Source of the DNA: Octopus vulgaris
Taxonomy: Eukaryota
Assembly (NCBI GenBank): GCA_951406725.2
Contig: OX597818.1
Span: 17,298,001 to 17,362,000 of the forward strand
Length of the DNA stretch: 64,000 nt
Direction: 5' to 3'
The notes under the pieces: generated by a model
The model's input: the letters and a program-made list of their open reading frames with translations, nothing else
The model's database searches: none
Told to the model about the DNA's origin: nothing
Position numbers and translations under genes: made by a program
Shown: positions 53,880-64,000 of the stretch, one piece after another
Layout of the letters: each line of letters starts with the position of its first letter
Numbering within the stretch: the first letter of the stretch is position 1

Positions 53880-56827
53880 ACCATAAGGATATCCCAAAAT
53901 TATTCTCCATTGTGTTTTTATCCGGCCTATTGGCCTTAATTTCTCTGTGTGTGTGTGTATTGGCATATCCCAGAGTATGGTTGTTATCTCATTTTCTGTA
54001 ACCTCTTTTGGTGTGTGCCTATACCATCTTTTTTCTGTTGTTATTCCGTAGTGTTGGCGTAGCTTCCAGTATATATAGGTTCCAACTCTGTCGTATCTGT
54101 GAATATATTCCTTCTTAACCAGGGCTAGGCAGCCAGAGATGAATGTGATTTATTGTTTCTTCTCCATCATCACATATTATGCAGTTACTTGTATTCCTTT
54201 CATTACGCGTTTTGGGTGATTTCTGGTGGGAAGGCTTTGATATTGCGCTGCAATTAAAAATCCTTCAGTCTCTGCTTTGAGTCCTGAGATTCTCAGCCAT
54301 TGTTGGGATTTTATTTTGTCTGTTTCTTTTCTGTTTAGCTTAACCCAATATTTGCCAAACAAGGGCTTTTCTTGCCATCGTTTCATCACGATACGTTGCT
54401 GATCCAGTTTTAGTTTGGATTTCAGTTGTTTTACTTCTTTTTTGTACTTGTCATCTTCCTTAAGATAGAAAACAGTTTTATTGCTTTGTTCGTGCTTTGT
54501 GGTTATTTGTATTAGTTTTCCCTGCTTCCAAAGTAGGTATTTCTGTAATCCTATGGTGGTTATTTTATAATAGTTTTCTAGCAGTATAAGGCCTGTTCCA
54601 CCTTCGGTACATTGTTTTATTTTACTTGTTTCAGTCATTTGACTGCGACCGTGCTGGAGCACCGCCTTTAGTCGAGCAAATCGACCCCAGGACTTATTCT
54701 TTGTAAGCCCAGTACTTATTCTATCGGGCTCTTTTGCCGAACCGCTAATAAACGGTGACGTAAACACACCAGCATCGGTTGTCAAGCAATGCTAGGGGGA
54801 CAAACACAGACACACAAACATACACACACACACATATATATATACATGTATACGATGGGCTTCTTTCAGTTTCCGTCTGCCAAATCCACTCACAAGGCTT
54901 TGGTCGACCCGAGGCTATAGTAGAAGACACTTGCCCAAGATGCCACGCAGTGGGACTGAACCCGGAACCATGTGGCTGGTAAGCAAGCTACTTACCACAC
55001 AGCCACTCCTGCGCCATTGTATATATTGTCTTTCTATGTCAGACTTTGGGTGGTGCATCCTAAATCCTGTCATTATTTTTCTTGATTTCCTGTCTATTCT
55101 GATTAGTTCATTTAGAGTCCAGTTAAGAATATTGTAGCTGTAACTTATAATTGGGACGGCTAGAGTGTTCATACCAATTATCTTACTTTTTGGCAATCAA
55201 CTCTGCTTTCAGTATTAATCTAACTCGTCTTCATTTATGTGTGTTGTATCGCATCTAGTTCATTGATTCCTAGGTATTTGTATGTTTGGTTTTGGTCTTA
55301 TTCATTTACTTTATCTAGTGTGTTGTTACTCTTATCTAGTTTTTCCTCTTTTCAAGGTTGCTTCTGCACATTTTTCTAAGCCAAATTCCATGTTTATTTC
55401 TTTGGTAAAGTCATGTACTGTCAGTAGTAATGTTTCCAGCTGTTTATCATTTGTAGCATACAGTTTTAGATCATCCATATACAAGAGATGGTTGATTGTT
55501 TTACCGTCACAGTTATATCCATACCCAGTTCTGTTTAGCGTGTCAGATAAAGGTGTAAGTGCTAAGCAGAAAAAGAGTGGAGGGAGCGTGTCCCCCGGGA
55601 ATATTCCTCTTCTATTGGGGATAGCTTTGGTTTTTATGAGTCCCTCTTTTGTCTAGAGCTGTAGCACTGTCTGCCATTTATTCATGGAATGTTTTATGTA
55701 TTTTATGTTATTGGTGCTACTTTGTTCATGGCTAGTATTTCTAGGATTCAGGTGTGGGGAATACCATCAAAAGTCTTTCGGTAATCAATCCAAGCCATAC
55801 TTAGACCCTTCTACTTTCTGCGACTGTCTTCAGTTATGGCTTTATTGATCACTAGCTGATTTTTTCAGCCGTATGAGCCCTTGCAGCATTCCTTTTACTT
55901 TTCCGGAAATAGGCTGTTTTCTTCCAGATGCTTACTCATTTCTGCAATATTATTGCAGTAAAGGCTTTCTAAATTGTAGGGAGACAAGTTTTCGGTCTGT
56001 AATTTTGTGAGTTTGCCGTTTCAGTGGATTTGGGATTTAGGATAGTTTTCCCTTCCGTGAGCCATTCAGGCATTGTCTCTGGCTCTGCTAGTATTTCATT
56101 AAATTTCTCAGCCAACGTTTGATGTATTCCTGTTAGATATTTTAAGCAGAAGTTGGGGATCTTGTCGTTCCCGGGTGCCTTCCACTTGCTTAGTTTTTGC
56201 AGTGCCTGGGTGATCTCTTCAGTTGTTATAGGAGTCCAGAGTTGTTCAGGTACTGTGTTTGTTGTTTTGATAGATCTTTTCTGAAGTTGTTCCTTCGTCG
56301 ACCATATTTCTTTCCAAAATTCTTCCACTTATTCTGCTGTTGGTTCTGCATTGATCTCTATTTTACTTTTTATCAAGTTCTGGGTAGAATCTTTTGGGGT
56401 TGGAGTTGAACTATTTGTTTTGTTCGAAGAAATTTTGGCATTTTTTCATACCGGCAGATTCTTTGTGCTTTGGCAAGGATATCTTGCTTTAGCTGTTCTT
56501 TTACCTCAGATATAACTTGCTTTGTAATTTTGTATTTACGTAGGATTTCCCTTATCGCCTTGTTGCTTAGTAATGTTGATTGTCATCTAGTTTCATTAAG
56601 GATTGACAGATCCTTTTTTTTGTATTTTTTCTCGATACTATTCATCCACAGAGTTTGATTGAGTAGTGATACTCTTGTTTGGATAAGTTTGATGGGGTAT
56701 CCAGATTCTTTTGTGGCCACATAGACTGCTGCATATATTATATAATTTAACCAGGTCATATTGCCATTTGTTTCTCTAGCTATTAGTTCTGTGACGGCCA
56801 GGTTCATGCTATTTATTATTGATGTTT

Positions 56828-56830
<3 letters not shown>
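53880..56830 (-). mobile_element. R4/Dong-like non-LTR retrotransposon (RT and start of REL endonuclease), frameshifted and interrupted by a SINE
   Basis: KWKAPGNDKIPNF, PEWLTEGKTIL, NYRPKTCLPTI, INHLLYMDDLKLYA (about 55460-55495), EGGTGL, LKAETEGFLIAAQ, ILWDMPI...ANRPD; 5' side adjoins a long TAA/TTA tract. Confidence 0.88.
54616..55014 (-). mobile_element. tRNA-derived SINE (family B) inserted in the R4/Dong element; other copies at 45504-45668(+) and about 35785-35908(-)
   Basis: Head ggcgcaggagtggctgtgtggtaag...ggttcagtccc; 6-bp TSD cattgt; internal CA/TA microsatellite. Confidence 0.88.
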
Positions 56831-56890
<60 letters not shown>

Positions 56891-56901
56891 TATTATTATT
56901 A

Positions 56902-56959
<58 letters not shown>

Positions 56960-56968
56960 CATTATCAC

Positions 56969-57046
<78 letters not shown>

Positions 57047-57072
57047 CATTATTATCATCATCATCATCATCA

Positions 57073-57134
<62 letters not shown>

Positions 57135-57136
57135 GA

Positions 57137-57688
57137 TTGAGCGAGCAGAGCATGCCATCAAAGTGACACTGGGGTAAAATATACGAAGCCCAGTATACCC
57201 ATCATGACTACCCGTCTGATAAGGGTACACCAGGCACATGCATCACAACCATATGTGCGCGACATGGTGATCTCATATCAAGATAAATAGCACATGACCT
57301 TGCAGGTGGAGCCCAGTTAGAATTTTCTTCAGATCGAGTAGCCCATCCCGCTCAAAAGGTCCCTGAATAAAGGTTGTTTAAGGATATTGAACGAAACACC
57401 CATGTTTCCAGAGGTGAATTATTCAAACCCCAAAGAATCCTTCTCAACACATGGCTATGATGCTCCCCCACTACTTCTGCTCATGATCAGAGATGCACAT
57501 ATCGTCAGCCACTAAGGGACATGCTCAACTGGTTAAGGTCAAACAACTGACAAGCAAATCTGTGGTATTGAGCAGAATATTTGCTGTAGCCCATCTTTTA
57601 TACCAAGACAAAACAATGTACATGATAACACTTCCAATCAGTTAAGATCAGAAGCCATGAGAGCCACTGCCTGGTACTGCATCAGGGC

Positions 57689-57690
<2 letters not shown>
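57137..57690. mobile_element. ~550-bp non-coding element inserted in (TTA)n, copy 1
   Basis: Direct diverged copy at about 59090-59630; both end ...ggtactgcatcaggg(c/t)atttattatt. Confidence 0.8.
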
Positions 57691-57760
<70 letters not shown>

Positions 57761-57781
57761 CATCATCATTATTATTATCAT

Positions 57782-58303
57782 TTACTCTTAACCTGCATGT
57801 TTGTTACAATCACTTGCCGAGACACACCCAGTGTACTAGGGCCAGTGAGGGGATAAGAGATGTCACAGTATGACTGAAAGCTTGGGAAGGGGATGTGGCA
57901 GGGGATGTAGCGAAATATCTTCATATAATACCCTAAGTTGATAGGGTTTTTCTAAAGATGTGGGCAGTACTTGTTAGCACAATCTTTTGGGTTTTTCTGA
58001 GACATGGTTCTCCTGGGATATTATCTAGTTGCTTTTCACATCCCATTCTTATCATATTTAGGGTACCCACGATAACAAGAACAGTTCTCACTTTAAGATG
58101 CCACATCTTTTGTATTTCAATTTCCAGGTCCTTATATTTACTTAATTTGTCAAATTATTTACAGATATATTTTATCAGTAGGAACATCTATTAGCTTACA
58201 AGTATTTTATTCCCAATTATTTAATGAATATATCTGGTCGATTAGCCTGGATCGTTCTGTCAGTGTTGACTGGAAAATCTCAGAAGATAGTGACATTTTT
58301 CAC

Positions 58304-58305
<2 letters not shown>
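57782..58305 (-). mobile_element. 5'-truncated R4/Dong-like 3' end in (TAA)n
   Basis: KYKDLEIEIQKMWHLKVRTVLVIVGTL...QKIVLTSTAHIFRKTLST*; (TAA)n flanks. Confidence 0.78.
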
Positions 58306-58829
<524 letters not shown>

Positions 58830-59089
58830 CTCTTCTTTCAATTTTGTTTCCATTTCTTGCCGAGTGTCTTCCCAACACCTAAGACAAAGAAACTCACTGG
58901 ATACATTGATAGACCATTAAAATAAACACACCAGATTGTTCGTTTACAAAGTCATGTTGTAGAAAAGAGGGGGAAGAAAGAGAGAAGGAAAAACGAAAGA
59001 ATAACATTTTTTAATAGGCTAAAAATGAAAAGCAGAAAAGAAAGAAACTAAAGGGGGAAAATGGAAAGAAAATTATTATTATTAGCATT

Positions 59090-59627
59090 GAGTTAGAGAC
59101 CAGTGCATGCCATGAAAGTGACACTGAGGTACAAATATATGATGCCCAGCATACCCATCATGACTACCCATCTGATGAGTGTACACCATGTACATGCATT
59201 ACAACCATATGTGCTCGATATGGTGATTTCATATTAAGATAAACAGCGCATGACCTCGCAGGTGGGGCCCAGCTAGAATTTTCTCCAGGTCGAATAGTTC
59301 ATCACGCTCAAAAGGTCTCTGAATAGGGTTTGTTTAAGGATGTTGAACGAAACACCCATGTTTCCAGAGGTGAATTATTCAAACCCCAAAGAATCCCTCT
59401 TAACACATGGCTATGATGCTCTCCCACTACTCCTGCTTGTGATCGCCAACCACTAAAGGATATGCTCAGCTTGTTAAGATCAAACAAATAACAAGCAAAT
59501 CTGTGGTATTGAGCAGAATATTTGTTGTAGCCCATCTTTTATACCAAGACAAAACATGTACATGATAACACTTCCAATCAGTTAAGATCAGAAGCCAAGG
59601 GAGCCAGTATCTGGTACTGCATCAGGG

Positions 59628-59630
<3 letters not shown>
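59090..59630. mobile_element. ~540-bp non-coding element inserted in (TTA)n, copy 2
   Basis: Colinear with 57137-57690, with substitutions and a short deletion. Confidence 0.8.
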
Positions 59631-59722
<92 letters not shown>

Positions 59723-60665
59723 AGTATCATCGAAGACTGCGACTCTAGATTTGTGTCCAAACGCCTAGGAAATAAACGATGATGATTCTATCAGCAGCAA
59801 TTTCACATTTGAATTTCACAGGGTTTGAATCTGAGTTTCTTCTGGAAGAATATGAAGACGTTGTGAGTGAGAGATGTTAATTGTTCTCAACTGATCATTA
59901 TGAGGGTCAATGTGAATAAAGAATACTTATGCAAATACAGTTATCACCGCAGTTTATGGACAGAAGTAGAATGCAGTTCTGACAAGCCGTTTTTCTTGTT
60001 TAAACACAGATCAGTGCTTATCCAGCAGACCTATTAAGAGTGAAATATTTTCCAAAAAATCTTTATAAGAGATGAAAATAATAGCTATACTGAGAAGTAA
60101 TGTTTCTCGCCACATCAATATGGCTGTTCCGTAGCAACTGACGTTATCACCGTTTTTAACTCCATGGTAAGGATTTGCTCCCCCGCTTGCAATCTGCTCC
60201 CAACATTCCTCGATAACCGGCTGGAGGTGGTACTTCTGCGGTTAAAAACGGTAACATCGGTTTCCAAAATTGATTGATAGAAATTTTTCGCGGTATTCTG
60301 CAAATTTTTTTTTAATAAAATTTTATAAAAATGTATTCTATAAAAATGGTATCTACTATATTCATAATAGTTATATGTTGTTGTTGTTGTTTTTTTAACA
60401 TATTATTTCTCTAAAACAATTTTTGATTAATTTAATGCCTTATTAAAATTAAGATGGGAAGGACTACTCGTAAAATATATAAATTTTAGTTATATGATCA
60501 TTAGAAAATTGTGTAAAGGTTCCTCGACAAAATTAATTTGGAAAACCATGGCAGAGAGGGAGACTTGGCCACTGGTTCCAGCAAGTGTTACATCCTCTCT
60601 CCCAAGTTCGTTCTGATAAGGTATGAGAAAGTGAAAATATAAAGTAAACTAAACAAGTAACTTAC

Positions 60666-60689
60666 CTTGTTGAATTTTGAATCGGTCAT
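60666..60689 (-). CDS. Candidate first coding exon of SYT17 (MTDSKFNK), or exon of an upstream gene or pseudogene
   Basis: aaccATGACCGATTCAAAATTCAACAAG|GTAAGT: good Kozak context, consensus donor, and phase 0 as the 43030 acceptor requires. Alternatives exist at about 52.5 kb and 47.99 kb. Confidence 0.3.
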
Positions 60690-60799
60690 GGTTGAGCGGT
60701 TTCTTTGGCACGGAAAGAAAACTGTAACGTTAAGCTTGTAAGGTGGGGTACCACAGTTTGACCATCAATGGAATCTGTACGACTGGGAAAATCAGTTGA

Positions 60800-61700
60800 A
60801 GTACTTGACAGGCTTTTGTTGGAATATAACAGTCAATAAGTTGTACATGGGCTGTGGATGGATAATTATAATATGGTTGATGTATTCTCCAGAAGACCAT
60901 GAACTGTTGGTGGATTTATGCGTCCAATAAGCATTATATGGATTTAGAATAATCGGCTTGTATGGTTGGTGTATTCTCAAAAAGATCCCGAACCGTATGT
61001 GGATATATTAAGTCAGTAAACTATATATGGACCGTGATCATTTATATGGCTGGTGTTTTCTCAGGAGAAAAATGAACCATAGGCAAATTTATATGGGCAA
61101 TAAGCTTTTTATGGACGGTGGATAAGCATTATATGGCTATACGATCATGTGGATAAGTAACTGATTTATGGTTGGTAATTTTTGTAGAATACCATGAACC
61201 ATGTATAGCTGTATATGGACTATTGGAAAATAAAATTTATATGGTTAGTATATTCTCTGGGAGACCATGAACCATTTCAAATAACTGTATGGTTATTTGG
61301 TTATTTATTTTATTATATGATTATTTACCGAGGACTTCCGTTGGCATACTGGTAGAGAGATGTTTTCGCTTTTACTGTCTTCTACCGTTGGTGTACCAGT
61401 AACAGGGTTATGTTCATTGAGGTATATTAGTACTACGTTATGTTCGCTGTGGACTACTCTTGGTATATGGTAAAATCTGGACTACTATTGGACTACTATT
61501 GGTATATTGGTAAAAATGGTGTTTATACCGTTGACTAACTTCGTTAAAGTGGTAGGGGGATATTTTCAGTTCTGCTGTTGGTATGGCAGTAAAAGGATTA
61601 TGTTTACTGGAATATACTGTTTCTAAAGTGTGTTCACAATAGAATACTGTTTATACTGGCAGCAGACTGGCTTTGTCAGTGGTATACTAGTAGAAAGTCG
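60800..61700 (-). repeat. Degenerate tandem repeats with a coding-like character
   Basis: Recurrent minus-strand GGTTCATGGTCTTC..GAGAATACACCAACCATATAA...TCCATATA...CTTATTG units (60800-61290) and TACCAAC/AGTCCA units (61330-61700). Confidence 0.6.
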
Positions 61701-63697
61701 AGTTCACTCTGGACTGTCGTTGGTACTTTTAAAATCACTTGATTGTGAGAGACATGAGCAATTTGCAGTAATACGCATTCATCATAGATAACCACTCAGA
61801 TGGTTGGGTCGAAGAAGATTTGGAGACAAAGTTCTTGGAAGTACTGTAAGCTGGAATGAAGAGGTTTGGTATTTGATATCCGTAGCATATGTCCAGGTCA
61901 CACATACAGACCAACATACTATTGTATTCTCCTGTAGTGGTTATTTTTATCAGGTCCATAGACAAATTAAGATTTCAAATACCGAGTGATTTTTGCCTCG
62001 TTTGAAGAATCAGCGGAATTTTAATCCAGTTCAGTAATCCCTGTGAACTTTAAGATCCCCTTTTTGATGATTTCTGTTATGGCTGACAGAAAATTACCTC
62101 ATGACTTGTGGAGTAATGTGCATGTATTGTGCATGCCTGTATATTGCCTGTGTCCATGCTTGAGTGTGTAGATTTGTATGGGTGCAAATGGAGGTGCATG
62201 GGTACGTTACCAAGTTTACTGGAAATGTTGAAGTGGGATAATATGAGTGGAACTTGGAAGAAGCTTTCCACAAGAAGGACACAAAGCTGTGTGTGAGGAC
62301 ATTTGTATAAATGCTGGTAATAGAGTGAGAATGCGTAAGAGAACGGGAAGGAAAGAGAAAGAGTTGGAAGGGAATTATTTAAGGAAATAAGGTAAGCTAT
62401 ATCTATTTATCTATATATCTATCTAGCCTATTTAACTAGTGAGAAAGAGAAATCGCTGAGGCAAGGTATTTAACAGAATGAGAGAGAGCGAGAGAGACTT
62501 GAAAGAAATGCAGTACATGTGTAGATGCATGTATGTATGCGTGCGTGTGTGTGAGTGAGTGAGTGAGTGAGTGAGTGAGTGAATGAGTGAGTGAGTGAGT
62601 GAGTGTGTGTGTGTGTGTGTGAGTGAGTGAGTGAGTGTGTGTGTGTGAGTGAGTGAGTGAGTGGGTGTAAAGACAGGACTACAGCAATACCCACAGTTTC
62701 CACGAGTCAAAATTTTGAACAAAATATTAATGTATCATTACAGTACATATACCGACACACCTACAAAACACCAGTTATACTTTGGTCTGCTCGATTTGAG
62801 CGACAATACTAACAAGGAGAAGAACAAGTTACGTATATAACAGATGTAACAATTGGTGTAACGCCTCAAGACTCACTGTGTCAGTGCAGTAGTGTGGAGG
62901 TTGAAACCCGATCAAATGTTACTATCACTTGTTTTTTCCAGGATCACTGATCACCGTTGCTATTGTATGTTACAATGGGTATCTTCTTTTGCTTTCTTAT
63001 TTGGCAAACTGACCACTGGGAATGACTCTCAGGGCTTCAGTGTTCTGACTGCAGGTGATTATTTCTTGAACAATATTCTTGCTGACTTTTGCCACGGCTG
63101 AAGGTTCAGCTGAACTTCGATCCAGTTGAGTAATCACTGAGGCAGACTCTTAGTCTTCCTTCGGATGGCATTTTCTATGGCTGACTGACCAGCTGGATTT
63201 TGTTCTGGTTCATTGATCACTGCAAAACAAGAAGAAGTAAAATTTATTACAAAGAAATATACGGACATTTAGAAAGAAATTAATGTTAGGGGAGAGTTTT
63301 CAGCATTTAGATTTGGTTGTATGTTTAGGATAAAGTCTCTTCATATACATGGCTGTTTTGTTTCATTAATAAGGTTTATGTTTAAAAGTGGGATTCCAGT
63401 AGGTTTCCGTCACTCCCTGTTTTAACATCTAAAAGCTGAAAAGATAAAGTTGACTCTGAGTGAATCTGTATTAAGTCCAGTGGAATCATACGCTCGGTTT
63501 GTTAAGGATGACTTTTCTGCTCTCTTTGCTCTGTAGACGGTAGAACCATCGCTGCCGAGATTGGAAATGTAAGGCATTCCGTCTTAAGTGGGTCATAGAA
63601 GGGTTGTGTCTGCGTACGTGGGTAGTGTCACGGTCATTGTGTCGGATACAAATGGAACTGTACGGGCAGATCACTGCATATTAGCAGGAACATATAT

Positions 63698-63913
63698 TGG
63701 TTTCAAATTTGGTACAAAACCAGCAAGTTCTGGAGAGGGGGTAAATTGATTACATCCTCCCACCAATGCTCAACTTGTACTTATTTTATCGGCCACAAAA
63801 GAATGCAAGGCGAAGTCGACCCCGGCAGAATTTGAACTCAAAACATGAAGTTGGACGAAATGCCGCTAAACATTTTGCCCGGCGTGATAACGATTCTGCC
63901 AACTGGCCGCCTT
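63698..63913 (-). mobile_element. tRNA-derived SINE (family A)
   Basis: aagtcgaccccggcagaatttgaactc...ttttgcccggcgtgataacgattctgcc...gccgcctt. Confidence 0.8.
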
Positions 63914-64000
63914 CACAGGAACATATATTAACTAATAAAAATGAACTTGTAAATCGACACCTGGAGAGGTAAGTTCATACGTACCACTGGTTTTTATCAC

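Noticed and set aside
56583-57239. 218-aa ORF spanning poly-N and poly-Y
   Set aside because: Chance read-through of a repeat element, a microsatellite and a retroelement fragment.

Overview
AT-rich, microsatellite-dense animal genomic DNA. The SINE families and repeat landscape look like an octopus (coleoid cephalopod); this is recognition, not proof. The only well-supported gene is a minus-strand synaptotagmin-17 (SYT17/B-K) orthologue with three coding exons (43030-42182, 29084-28964, 19821-19469, about 440 aa). Its short first coding exon is unresolved. The rest is transposon debris: Tc1, mariner and maT DNA transposons, a Helitron and a Helentron-type element, MITEs, tRNA-derived SINEs, (TAA)n-targeting R4/Dong-like retroelements, a Hero-like 3' end and Penelope fragments. 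The most striking non-coding signal is a population of minimal type I hammerhead ribozyme (HHR) motifs (CTGATGA...GAAAC-palindromic loop-GTH), mostly next to (TA)n tracts. Three tandem ~300-bp HHR units at 40.08-41.05 kb lie sense to the SYT17 pre-mRNA and resemble a retrozyme. A perfect 605-bp palindrome at 24.1-24.7 kb carries an HHR on each strand, and several degenerate or truncated HHRs are tied to inverted repeats. Almost all ORFs in the supplied track are microsatellite artefacts. Repeat boundaries were read by eye and are approximate unless stated.
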